Source: Eledone cirrhosa (taxonomy: Eukaryota). From it: a stretch of 64,000 nucleotides of DNA. The translations under genes and the position numbers were made by a program. The notes beneath the pieces were generated by a model, which saw nothing but the letters and a program-made list of their open reading frames with translations, did not search any database and was not told where the DNA came from. This document shows, one piece after another, positions 12,900-31,646 of this stretch; positions within the stretch are counted from its first letter, which is position 1; each line of letters starts with the position of its first letter. The stretch covers positions 53,010,001 through 53,074,000 of the forward strand of contig OZ024748.1 in assembly GCA_964016885.1 (NCBI GenBank), read 5' to 3'.

Positions 12900-13065
12900 T
12901 GGGGCCCACACACAGCCCTGGCAGACAGAATGGAGAAGGTGTTTCCCCAGAGGAGTGCAAGGGAGGCGCGCTGGAAAAGCCACTCCAACTCACGGGGCTC
13001 ACACCTGCGGTTGGCCAGCTCAGCGCCTGACAGAAGTTCGAAAGATAGACAGCAAAAAGCACAAC
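12900..13065 (-). mobile_element. CRE-clade non-LTR retrotransposon 3' end
   Basis: EPRELEWLFQRASLALLWGNTFSILSA matches the CRE C-terminal LFQRxSxAxxRGNAxSIL pattern. Confidence 0.7.
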
Positions 13066-13311
13066 AACCACAATAATGGAGGGTGTCTAATTGTGGCATA
13101 GGTCCAGAAGTTTATGTGAGGGGTAGTGTCAATTAACAAAACAAACCCCTAGTACTTTATTTTATTGGCCCCAGAAGTATTGCTGTCAAACTTGATCTCT
13201 GACTGAATTGGAACTCAGAAAGTAAAATGTTGGGATTCAATACCACAAGGTATTTTGTTTTGGCACTTCATCAATTTTACAGTTACTGCCCTCTTGTAAT
13301 AAATAATTAAA

Positions 13312-13347
<36 letters not shown>

Positions 13348-13348
13348 G

Positions 13349-14005
13349 AGCCCACTGTGTAGGGTCTGTGAAAAGAGAGAGGAGACTGTGGCTCACATTG
13401 TATCCAAGTGTAAACACCTAACCCAGACTCACTATAAAGGCTGGAGACATGATGTGATAGGCAGGGTGATCACTGGCATCTATGCAAAGTAAACAATTTA
13501 CCACATTCTGAGAAGTGGTATGAACATAAGCCAGAGTCAGTGATAGAAAACGATCAGGTGAAGGTGCTATGGGATTTTAGGATACAGACGGACAAGAAAC
13601 TGGAACACAATAGACCTGACCTGGTGGTTTTGGACAAGGAAAAAAGATTGTGCCTGATTGTAGATGTAGCCTGCCTATTTGACACGTGAGTGCAAGAAAA
13701 GGAGAGGGAGAAAATTAACCGATAACAGGACTTAAAGTGGGAGGTAAAAAGGATTTGGAACTGCCATGAAATCAGAGTCATCCCGATTGTCATAGGGGCA
13801 CTAGGTACTATCTCAAAAAGTTTCCAAGAATGGTTAAAGCAAGTTAGTCCAGCCCCGCCTTTTGGAACACTTCAAAAGGCATGCTTGCTGGGAACAGCAA
13901 GAACCCTCCGATACGTCCTGAATATCTGGGGCTGCAGGTAACGGCTTGATATTCATTTCAACAAACTTTCCAGTTAAATAACATCAATGACTGAGACTCA
14001 AAGAA
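13349..14005 (+). mobile_element. R4/Dong-clade non-LTR retrotransposon, 5'-truncated and pseudogenised
   Basis: CCHC knuckle CRVCEKREETVAHIVSKC, RHD, KWYEHKPESVIEND..VLWDF.IQTD, RPDLVV..DVA, EK, IPIVIGALG, LQKACLLGTA (restriction-enzyme-like endonuclease); one frameshift and two stops; (TAA)n on both sides. Confidence 0.92.
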
Positions 14006-14162
14006 CAATAATAATAATAGATTTTAATATAGGCACAAGGCCAGTAATTTGGTGGGAGTGGTAAGTCAATTAAATTGACCCCAGTACATTACTGGCACTT
14101 TATTTTATTGACCCCGTAAGGATGAAAGGCAAAGTTAACCTCAGCAGGATTTGAACTCAGAC

Positions 14163-14340
14163 CGTGATAAGTCCTGTAGCAGATGACCACAATCCTTCTC
14201 CATCCATTATATTTTTATGATAGGTTGTAGTTGGTTACTTGTCCAGGTATTAAGTCATGTAGCAGATGACCACAATCTTTCTCCATCCATTATATTTTTA
14301 TGATAGGTTGTAGTTGGTTACCTGGCCACGTGATAAGTCC
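14163..14340. repeat. ~85-bp tandem duplication
   Basis: GTAGCAGATGACCACAATC...GATAGGTTGTAGTTGGTTAC occurs twice. Confidence 0.85.
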
Positions 14341-14404
14341 TAACATTTTGAATTTCTGGGTGGAATTAGAACTCAAAAAAATTAAATGATGGATGGATCA
14401 GGCA

Positions 14405-14500
14405 TCGCTCCAGCGTGTCTCCCTCATCATCCTCTGGGAAAACGCCTTCTCCATACTGTCTGCTGGGGATTTGGGGCAGCCATCATGTGGGGCCCCATTT
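14405..14500 (+). mobile_element. CRE-clade 3' fragment
   Basis: LQRVSLIILWENAFSILSAG; homologous to 12900-13065. Confidence 0.6.
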
Positions 14501-14658
14501 TCTCAAAATAGTGAGAGATGGGGAGAGCAGGAGAAACAGAGGCAGTGACTGTGGTAGTTTGGTTGTTTTGTGTCTGGACCTGATATATTTCTCAGTAGGC
14601 TGTTAAAAATTTCTTTTGTCTAATGTTTATTACTTTATTATCATCAGATCCTCTAGCA

Positions 14659-15033
14659 CAGGCATGTCAAACATGTGGCCCTTTACAAGCACACTTGCAG
14701 CCCACACAAAGGTTTTTTACAGTGCGAGCATGTTTTATCTTCATAAAATTAGTTGTAATGTACGCAAATTAGTTGTCGTGTGTGGCCCTCAAACAACATA
14801 TAAGGGACCTATGTGGACCTCAGACAACATATAAGTCAGCTATGTGGCCCTCAGACAACATATAAGGGACCTATGTGGCCCTCAGACAACATATAAGTGA
14901 CCTATGTGGCCCTCAGACAACATATAAGTGACCTATGTGGCCCTCAGACAACATATAAGTGACATATGTGGCCCTCAGACAACATATAAGGGACCTATGT
15001 GGCCCTCGGGAGACCCTCAGTTTGATATTCCTG
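14659..15033. mobile_element. hAT (Charlie-like) MITE with an internal 31-bp tandem array
   Basis: TIRs CAGGCATGTCAAAC / GTTTGATATTCCTG; 8-bp TSD CTCTAGCA / CTGTAGCA; unit CCTATGTGGCCCTCAGACAACATATAAGTGA x~7. Confidence 0.85.
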
Positions 15034-15274
15034 CTGTAGCAGAAATAATTAGGTCCCCTAAGTAACAGACATTTTGATACACTAAACTAGCCTTTCTCAA
15101 CCAGTGTTCCCTGGAACTCTAGGGTTCTGAAAGAAGTCGCTAGGGGTTCTGTGTGAAACAATGACCAATAACATATCTATGATAAATAAACCAGCTATCC
15201 CCCCCCCAAAAAATGTGTTATATTTACCACCTATAAAAGAGATAGATATTAAAAACATATAAAAGAGATATAAA

Positions 15275-15705
15275 TAATTGTTTCTACTTTAGGCACAAGG
15301 CCAGCAATTTGAAGGAGAGGGGGGGAGTCAATTGCATCAACCCCAGTGCATTACTAGTACTTTATTTTATCGACCCCTTAAGGATGAAAGGCAAAGCTAA
15401 CCTCAGCGGGATTTGAACACCGAAGGTAAAGGGGTATAGCTCTATGCTACAAAGCATGGTGTCTAACACTCTACAAATACTGCCAATCCACCACCCTTGA
15501 GATAGATATTAATAATTGTTTCTACTTTTGGCACAAGTCCAGCAATTACCCAGTGCATTACTGGTACTTTATCTTATCAACCCCCATAAGGATGAAAGGC
15601 AAAGTTAACGTCGGCGGGATTTGAACTCAGAATGGCAAGGGCCGTTACTCTATATGTCAAAGCATGGTGTCCGACCCTCTACCAGTACTGCCAATCCACC
15701 GCCCT
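15275..15705 (-). mobile_element. Two tandem copies of the second tRNA-derived SINE family
   Basis: Reverse complements of the 53225-53418 element; other copies at ~13090-13290, 14020-14160, 33915-34213, 52026-52122, 55608-55820 (-) and 37110-37260, 47770-47970 (+). Confidence 0.85.
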
Positions 15706-15765
15706 TTAATAATAATATATAATGATTTTAAAAATTATCCTGAAATAAGTTCCTTCAAGTTTTGG

Positions 15766-16232
15766 CTTTACAGACTTTACAAGACTTTACAGACTTTACA
15801 AGACTTTACAGACTTTACAGACTTTACAAGACTTTACAGACTTTACAAGACTTTACAGACTTTACAAGACTTTACAGACTTTACAAGACTTTACAAGACA
15901 TTACAGACTTTACAAGACTTTACAGACTTTACAAGACTTTACAGACTTTACAAGACTTTACAAGACATTACAGACTTTACAAGACATTACAGACTTTACA
16001 AGACTTTACAGACTTTAGAAGACTTTACAGACTTTACAAGACTTTACAGACTTTACAAGACTTTACAGACTTTACAAGAGTTTACAGACTTTACAAGACA
16101 TAACAAGACTTTACAGACTTTACAAGACTTTACAGACTTTACAAGACTTTACAGACTTTACAAGAGTTTACAGACTTTACAAGACTTTACAAGACATAAC
16201 AAGACTTTACAGACTTTACAAGACTTTACAAG
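15766..16232. repeat. 9/10-bp unit minisatellite (AGACTTTAC / AGACTTTACA)
   Basis: Directly visible; explains ORFs 15664-16518 and 15762-16103. Confidence 0.95.
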
Positions 16233-17249
16233 AACAAAGAACTGGAATATGTTTAAAACACAAACAAAACTTGAGCCAAAGAATGTAGAAGGTTCTGTTG
16301 TTGTTGTTGTTGTGGTTGGTGTTGTTATGTGTGGTTGTGGTGGTTGTTGTTGTAGGTGTGGTTGTTGTGGGTGTTATGTTTGTGGTGGTAGGTGTTGTAG
16401 GTGTGGTGGTTGTTGTAGGTGTGTTTGTTGTTGTTGTACTTGTTGTTGTGGTAGGTGTTGTAGGTTGTGGTGGTTGTTATTGTACTTGTGGTTGTTGTTG
16501 TGGTTGTTGTTGTGGTAGGTGTTGTAGGTTGCGGTGGTTGTTATTGTACTTGTTGTGGTTGTTGTTGTTGTGGGTGTTGTAGGTTATAGTGGTTGTTATT
16601 GTAGGTTGTGGTTGTTGTTATGATTGTGGTTGTTGTAGGTGTTGTTGTTGTTGTTGTGGTAGGTGTTGCAGGTTGTGATGGTTGTTATTGTACTTGTTGT
16701 GGTTGTAGGTTGTGGTAGGTGTTGTGGGTGTTGTTATGGTTGTGGTTGTTGTAGGTGTGTTTGTTGTTGTTGTTGTTGTTATGCTTGTTGTTTTGTGGGT
16801 AGTTGTTGTGGTTGTTGCTGTTGTTGTTATACTTGTCGTTGTTGTGGTAGGTCTTATGGTAGGTGCTGTTGGTGTGGTTATTGTTGTATTTGTTGTGATT
16901 GTTGTTGTTATTGTGGTTAGGGTTAGGGTTGTTGTGGTGGTAGTAGTTGTGATTGTTGTTGTTATTGTTCTTGTTGTGCTTGTGGTAGGTGTTGTGGGTG
17001 TGATTGTTGTTGTAATTGTAGTTGTTGTAGTTGTTGATATGATTGTTGTTGTATGCTTGTTTTCCTGAAGTCATTTTACTTTAGCAGATATCAGAAAAAA
17101 ATCGAATTCGAACAATACGTGTGTGTGTGTGTCTGTGTGTGTCAGTGTGTCTGTGTATGTGTGTATATGACTCTGTGTGTCGGTGTGTGTCAGTGTGTGT
17201 CTGTGTGTGTGTGTGAGCGTGCGTTTTCATTTTCTTTTAAAATACTGAT

Positions 17250-17693
17250 GTATGAAAAAATATATGTATATATGTATGTGTGTATATATGTATGTATATA
17301 TGTATATAAGTATGTATATATGTATGTATGTATATATGTATATATGTATGTATGTATATATGTATATATGTATGTATGTATATATGTATATATGTATGTA
17401 TGTATATATGTATATATGTATGTATGTATATATGTATATATGTATGTATGTATGTATATATGTATGTATATATATATATGTATATTTGTATGTATGTATG
17501 TATGTATAAATGTATGTATATATATATGTATATATGTATGTATATATAAATGTATGTATATATATATGTATATATGTATGAATGTATGTATGCCTATATG
17601 TGTAAGAATGTGTGTATATAGAATATTAAGGTGAACAATACAAAATATATAATATATTAATTATCTATAAATATAAGGATATGTACGTATGTA

Positions 17694-17740
<47 letters not shown>

Positions 17741-17768
17741 GTATATATGTATGTGTGTGTATGTATGA

Positions 17769-17814
<46 letters not shown>

Positions 17815-17988
17815 CTTACATAAGTGTGTGTATGTGTGTATATATATATATATACACATATATACATACACACACACACACCATATGTATAGTATTTACA
17901 TTACTTATTCAAAATCATTTTCCCTAGATTTTTAAATAAGGTATAGATATATGTGTGATCTATGTGTGCACATAAACACAGGAACATA

Positions 17989-18030
<42 letters not shown>

Positions 18031-18108
18031 CAGATATATATACATATACATAGATATCAATACACATATATGTGTATTGATATCTATGTATATGTGTATG
18101 TATATATA

Positions 18109-18144
<36 letters not shown>

Positions 18145-18203
18145 TGTGTGTGTTACAAATAAACAAACATACACATATATGTCTATTGAAATCTATGTAT
18201 ATA

Positions 18204-18268
<65 letters not shown>

Positions 18269-18289
18269 TCATATATATACACATACACA

Positions 18290-18376
<87 letters not shown>

Positions 18377-18978
18377 TTATATATATATACATACATACAT
18401 ACACATATATATATATATATGTAAGTATATATATATATATATATACATACATACATACACACATATATATATATATATGTAAGTATATATAGTATATTTT
18501 CTATCATTATTAATTTCATTTGTCAATTATAAGTATATTCTATTGGGATATTGTCATTCTTTTTTATATGATTCATCAGTGGAACGCCTTGAGAATAATG
18601 GGACCAATCATCATCATCATCATCACCATCACAATCATCATCATCATCATAACCATCTTCATCACTGCCAATTCCATCATCAACATCATCATCATCATCA
18701 CCATCATCATCACTGCCAGTTCCATCATCAACATCGTCATCATCATCATCATCACCATCATCATCATCCCAATCATCATAATCGCCATCACCCTCTTCAT
18801 AATCATCATCATCATCATCATCTACTTCACTGCCAATTCCATCATCAGCGACATTATTAGCAACAATTTGAAAAGCAACACCAACAAATATACCATGTAC
18901 ACACAGACACTTACACATATTCCTACTTCAATGTCACATCTATATACGCATACACACACACACATACATATATGTATG

Positions 18979-19014
<36 letters not shown>

Positions 19015-19074
19015 TATCTATGTATCTGTATATAAATATATATATATATACACACACACATATCTATGTATCTG

Positions 19075-19114
<40 letters not shown>

Positions 19115-20510
19115 AATATGTATGTATATATATATATGTATGTATTTATGCATATTTATGCATATACATGTGTATGTATGAATATATATATATATATATA
19201 TACACACATACATACATACACATAGGTATATATATATATATACAACATTGTATTGTGATCATTTCTTTCATTTTTGAACCCTTGTGGCAATTAAACAAAT
19301 CATGAAGCTGAGTAAATTACTATTGACAATGAAGGAAAAAACTTTGTTAGAGCAAGAATAAGGAAGCATTTGCCGATGTACACATACATACACACATACA
19401 CTCTCACACACATACTGACTGACATACACACGTACAGACACACACACACATACACATTACATACTGACTGACACACACACACATACACATTCACACACAT
19501 ACATACTCACTCACACATACACAAATGAAAAAAAAAATGATGATGACTCTCACACATGGATACTCACATACATACAGACATACACTCTCACACACATACT
19601 GACTGACACAAACACATACAGACACACATTCACGCACATACATACACACAGTCATACTCACTGACACACATACTCACTCACTCACTCACATACACATACA
19701 TACTGACACACACACATACAGACACACATTCACACACATACATACTGACACACACACACATATATACAGACACACATTCACATACATACATACACACAGT
19801 CATACTCACTGACACACATACTCACTGACACACATACTCACTCACTCACATACACATACATACTGACACAAACACATACAGACACACATTCACACACATA
19901 CATACAGACATTCATACTCACTGACACACACACATACATACTCACTCACATACACATACATACTGACACACACACACATACAGACACACATTCACACACA
20001 TACATACACACAGTCATACTCACTGACACATACATACATACTCACTCACATACACATACATACTGACACACACACACACATACAGACACACAGTCATACT
20101 CACTGACACATACATACATACATACTCACTCACATACACATACATACTGACACACACACACATACAGACACACATTCACACACATACATACACACAGTCA
20201 TACTCACTGACACACACATACATACTCACACACATACACATACATACTGACACACACACACATACAGACACACAGTCATACTCACTGACACACACATACA
20301 TACTCACTCACATACACATACATACTGACACACACACACACATACAGACACACATTCACACACATACATACACACAGTCATAGTCACTGACACACACACA
20401 TACATACTCACTCACATACACATACATACTGACACACACACACATATACAGACACACATTCACACACATACATACACACAGTCATACTCACTCACACATA
20501 CACACTCACT
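17250..20510. repeat. TA/TG/CAT/CA microsatellite mosaic
   Basis: Directly visible; 19500-20510 is a higher-order CA-rich repeat. Confidence 0.9.
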
Positions 20511-20671
20511 CGTCGGGATTTGAACTCAGAGAGCAGAGCGCAGAACAAATATCACAAAGCATCCAACGTTCTAACGACTCTGCCAATTGCCCACCTATAA
20601 GACAATAGGTTGTGATTTAAGAAAGATCTTGGCTGCTATTTCTACTAGATGCTCTTTTTCTTGTTTCTTTC

Positions 20672-21159
20672 TACAAGGGTAGGCTGAAAGGTTCATAGGC
20701 TGACCAAGATACTCTCAGGGAGTGACCAAATGAGGTTTATTTTTCAACATAGTCCCTCGAAAGAAACAATGCAGTTATTAATAAGAAGAGTTGAAATTAA
20801 TGCATGCAAGATTTCATAGCTCTAGCATCACTCCTTCATAAGTTGACCAAGAGACTCTCATGAAACGACCAAATGAGGTTTATTTTTCAACATAGTCCCC
20901 ACAAAGAAACAATGCAGTTATTAATAAGAAGAGTTGAAATTAATGCATGCAAGATTTCATAGCTCTAGCATCACTCCTTCATAAGTTGACCAAGATACTC
21001 TCATGGAATGACCAAATGAGGTTTATTTTTCAACATAGTCCATCGAAAGAAACAATGCAGTTATTAATAAGAAGAGTTGAAATTAATGCATGCAAGATTT
21101 CATAGCTCTAGCATCAGTTCTCTATAGTTAGCCTATGGACTCTTCAGCCCACATTTGTG
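20672..21159. mobile_element. Tc1/mariner-type MITE with internal ~143-bp triplication
   Basis: TA-CAAGGGTAGGCTGAAAGGTTCATAGGCTGAC ... GTTAGCCTATGGACTCTTCAGCC; GACCAAATGAGG at 20724, 20867, 21010. Confidence 0.8.
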
Positions 21160-22038
21160 CATATGTAAACTGTTTTGTTAGCTATGTTGAGGCCCTAATC
21201 TTTACCCATTTCACTGGTGATATTCCAGAACTTTAAGACATATACATTGATAATACAGCTGGTGCCATATTCACTTTACCATAACTACATCTGGATACTA
21301 TATGTACACACACAGATACATAAACACACACATAATCACATCCATACACATCATCATCATCATCATCATCATGGATTAGATGGGTTGTCCCATTTGAATC
21401 AAGTTGGATCCTGTGACCATGTCTTGCTCATATGGAACTGTTTCTGGCTAGATTTGTATGGCTGGATGCCATTCCCAACACCAACCACTTTTACAGTGTG
21501 GGCTGGGTGCTTTTTGATGCAATTCCTAAATGATCACTTTACAGTGTGGGCTGGGTGCTTTTTGTCATGTCACCTACAGGACCACCTCACAGGGTGGACT
21601 GGGTGCTTTTTGTTGTGACACCTACAGGAGCACCTTACAGTGTGGACTGGGTGTTTTTTGTTGTGACACCTATACGGCCACTTTACAGTGTGGGCTGGGT
21701 GATTTTGTCACTTTATATATGTATATAAGTGAGGCTACTGATCTCACAGAATGCATAGGATAGGTTGTCATGTATTTGACAGATCTGAGGGTCCTTTCAA
21801 CCCTTTGTTTGGTAAGATTTCTATGGTTGGATGCCCTTCATACCACAAACCACTTTATAGAGTGTACTGGGTGTATTTATGATGTAGATCACCAACATTA
21901 AGGAGGCTGTCATGTCCTTGACATGACTGAGGGTTTCTCCCAACCCTTTGTTTGACAAGCTTTCTATGGCTAGATGCCCTTCCTATTACCAACCATTTTA
22001 GAGCATGTAATGCATGCATTTCCTGTGTAGATCAACAA

Positions 22039-22080
<42 letters not shown>

Positions 22081-22529
22081 TAATTGTCCTCATATAAACA
22101 CAAATAAATGGTATCTAAAATCTCGAGCAAACATTGTCCATATATATAAACCCAAACTTACACTAAACACAAAGTAAAACTAATCACAACCTTCAGAACT
22201 ACACCACAAAACATTCGCACCATAACAACATTCAAACCTATCCTTAATATTGGTACAGGGGTGACACATATCATCAGGCTTCAGCCATCATATTACATTG
22301 TTTCTTCAATATATATATATATATATATAGTTTGATTATCTTTCCAAATGTCTCTCCATCTCAACTGTACATATATATCATTATATCAATGCTGTAAACC
22401 TGACTTTTTTTTTAAACTTTCGCTGAGCTCTCTGTTTATTGCTTTATACAAAAGAAATATTTTCATTATAATTGCGAGATATTTATTCCTGTAATTACTA
22501 TATACAGACACACTCTGACAGAAACATTT

Positions 22530-28400
<5,871 letters not shown>

Positions 28401-28667
28401 CATATACTTAGATATAAGCATTGTGTGTACATTATCATCACTTTATGTCTGATTTTCCATGAGGTTATGGGCTGGAAGTTTGATATATTTTGACATATTT
28501 TGTACATGTAGCAACACAATAAGCTGGCCAGATTTTGTGTGTGTGGGGTGTATAATGTTGACAGTATGTATATTATTGTGCCACCAGAGTCACACAGATT
28601 CACCCAATGTGCCTGAAGTAGAGTCCTTCTGCCACTGATCTCATATTAGTCCTCATTCAGGGTTGAG

Positions 28668-28709
<42 letters not shown>

Positions 28710-28719
28710 CTACAAAAGT

Positions 28720-28980
28720 CTAAAGTCTGTCTTTAGCCAGTGCTTATACCGGTTTTATGGCGTGAAGCAAGTGAGAGTAAAAGACCTCCTCCTGGACAGG
28801 ATGCCAGTCCATTGCATGTTTAAACCCCCAGCTATTACTGGCACTCATTTTCAGCTGAGTATACTGGAACAACGTAAAATGAAGTGTCTTGCTCAAGAAC
28901 ACAACACACAACCCAGGAATCCAACCCACGACATTATAATCATAAATCCAACACCCTTACCCCTAGGCCCCGTGCCTCCA
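28720..28980 (-). mobile_element. CORE-like tRNA SINE with a different 3' tail
   Basis: AAGTGTCTTGCTCAAGAACACAAC core and GTGCCTCCA head end, as in 46659-47007. Confidence 0.7.
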
Positions 28981-29302
28981 CATATATATATATATATATA
29001 AGAAAATCCAGAGATCTGAAAAGATATTCAAGTGGAAGTTCAATTAGAGTCCAGGTAAGAATCCACTTCCAATCTATTGCAAGAGAATTTATTTAGTATA
29101 GATAATTATAGATAATGTTTCATACATGTAACATGCATGTGTGACCACTGGTTTCAGGGTCCATCTATGGCCACAACTGTATATTGGAAGAGCCATAACT
29201 GGACCCTAAAGCCAATACATACATGTAATAGTTTATACTATATATATATGTAAAAATTAAATAGAAATAACAACACAATTGGTACAGTATATGGAAGGAA
29301 TA

Positions 29303-29378
29303 TTTTAGTTTAACGCTTGAACTAGCAGGTAGAGGGTCTTAACGTTTCAGACACTAGTACTTCGTCAGAATAAAAAAA
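29303..29378 (-). ncRNA. Degenerate hammerhead-like motif
   Basis: CUGACGA-AGUAC-UAGU-GUCU-GAAACG...CGUUA; stem I pairs poorly. Confidence 0.45.
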
Positions 29379-29480
29379 TGAGAAATTAGAAAGATTGAAG
29401 GGACAGGCGGGGCGGAATTGGAAAAAAATGTTTTTAGCGAAAAATAATAGGTCCATTCATGTTGCCATCTCATATATATA

Positions 29481-29878
29481 TGTCTTCATTCCTATTTAGT
29501 AAATAAAATGCTGGTTTTAGTTGACTCAATGCCCTCAGTTACTAGAAAAGGAATTTCTTCCGAAGCTCTTCTTTTAATTCAACTATAAGAAACAAATAAA
29601 TAGCATTCAGAAGTTCTCATGAAAAGACAGTTTGATAATCCTCTGTTGAGGATTGAATTCCTGAAGAAAAAGTAAGTATAGGAAATGATTTTCGTCAGGA
29701 ATTCAATCCTCAACAGAGGATTTTCAAACTGTCTTTTCATGGGAACTTCTGAATGCTATTTATTTGTTTCTTATAGCTGAATTAAAAGAAGAGCTTCGGA
29801 AGAAATTCTTTTTCTAGTAACTGAGGGCATTGTGTCAACTAAAACCAGCGTTTTATTTACTAAATAGGAATGAAGACA
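29481..29878. mobile_element. PLE fold-back: ~190-bp inverted arms with GIY-YIG C-terminus and truncated HHR cores
   Basis: Arms TGTCTTCATTCC... / ...GGAATGAAGACA; minus ORF ends LVD..RKRISSEALLLIQL (like KRxIxEALxI); CTGAAGA 29661 (+) and CTGACGA 29698 (-) flank the ~20-nt spacer. Confidence 0.78.
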
Positions 29879-30365
29879 AGAGTCTGGTGTCATTACAGAA
29901 GTTGCTGTGCTTGTTATATAGAAAAGGAGTACATAGAAACTGCATATAATGTACACAATGGGAGGAGTAGGTACACAAAAGGTATAGTGGGATTGTTGGC
30001 AGGCTAACAAAAAATGTAGGCAGTTGGTATTAAGAGCACTAGGGAAATAAACCTTTTCCTGTCCCAGGAAAGTACTAAAGAAATAGCTGATAGATTCTGT
30101 TACTTAGGTGGATGTAATTAACAGTGGATGTAGCTGAAATAAGAACAAATTGGAAAACGTTCAGCAGCCAAATTCCTTCTACACCCCTCCCTGCCATTTG
30201 AAAAAGGGAGGTAATCAAATTGAGTAATAGTCCTGAAAATAAAGGGTAATGGTCATAGATGGAATAATTTAATCGTAGGTTTTATTAATCAAGGTTGATT
30301 GATAACAACTCTGCCAACATCTTCACCTTCAACATTAAGGCTATTACCAACATCATTGTGTATAC

Positions 30366-30551
30366 CAGCATTTCCCAAACGTTTTCAAATATGGAACTCT
30401 TTTTGGTTCAGAAACTTTTGGGGGGAACCACAAACTCTAATACTGTTATATGGTCATAATATAAATATACTCTTCTACCTTCTTTCACGGAAGGCTAGAC
30501 ACTCCTTCGCAGAACCCTTTGGTTCCTTGAGACTTACTTTTGGAATGACAG
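30366..30551. mobile_element. Probable hAT MITE
   Basis: CAGCATTTCCCAAAC ... TTTGGAATGACAG with imperfect 8-bp flanks GTGTATAC / GTCTACAC. Confidence 0.5.
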
Positions 30552-30774
30552 GTCTACACCAACAAGAAAACGACCACTGCCACTACTACCATCACTAACA
30601 CTACCACTAACAACAACATCACTACCACTGTCAACAATACCATCTCCTCTACACCAATATTGTCACCATCACCACCACTACAAACACCAACACCACCACA
30701 ACCACCACTGCCATCACCACTATGCCACCAACACCACTATCACTATCACTATCAGCAAAATCGGACACCTAAAC

Positions 30775-31183
30775 TGCACCACCACTATCACCACCACTGC
30801 CACCACCACTGCCACCACCACCACTGCCACCACCACTATCACCACCACTGCCACCACCACTGCCACCACCACTATCACCACCACTGCCACCACCACTATC
30901 ACCACCACTGCCACCACCACTGCCACCACCACTGCCACCACCACTGCCACCACCACTATCACCACCACTGCCACCACCACTGCCACCACCACTGCCACCA
31001 CCACTATCACCACCACTGCCACCACCACTGCCACCACCACTATCACCACCACTGCCACCACCACTGCCACCACCACTGCCACCACCACTATCACCACCAC
31101 TGCCACCACCACTGCCACCACCACTATCACCACCACTGCCACCACCACTGCCACCACCACTATCACCACCACTGCCACCACCA
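30775..31183. repeat. 12-bp unit repeat (CAC)3TGC / (CAC)3TAT
   Basis: Directly visible; gives the HHHC/HHHY pseudo-ORF. Confidence 0.92.
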
Positions 31184-31646
31184 TGTATGTATTGATGAAT
31201 TTATATATATATATATTATATACATGTATGTATGCAAGTGTGAACATCTGTATTTGTGTGCATGTATGTATGTATGTGAGTGTGTGTGTGTGTCTGTGTC
31301 TGACTGATTTAGCAAAGTCTGACTGATGTGCAGTGCAATGGAGGTGAAAACATATGTTCCGATCATATAGGTAGCTGGCACTGTCACCCCCTCCTTGTCC
31401 CACCCTGCCCTCTCTCTCTCACACACACACTCACTTACCTTCTCTCTCTCTCACACACACACATGCACACACTTTCTCTTGCTCTCTCACATATACATGC
31501 ACACACACACTCTCTCTCTCTCTCTCTCTCTCTCATACAAATACTTTTTCTCTCTCAATATATATACCAATATATTGATATATATATATATATATATACC
31601 AATATATTGATATATATATATATATATATTGATATATATATATATA

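Noticed and set aside
30660-31307. His/Cys-rich metal-binding protein
   Set aside because: Translation of a 12-bp CAC-based repeat running into TA/TG microsatellite
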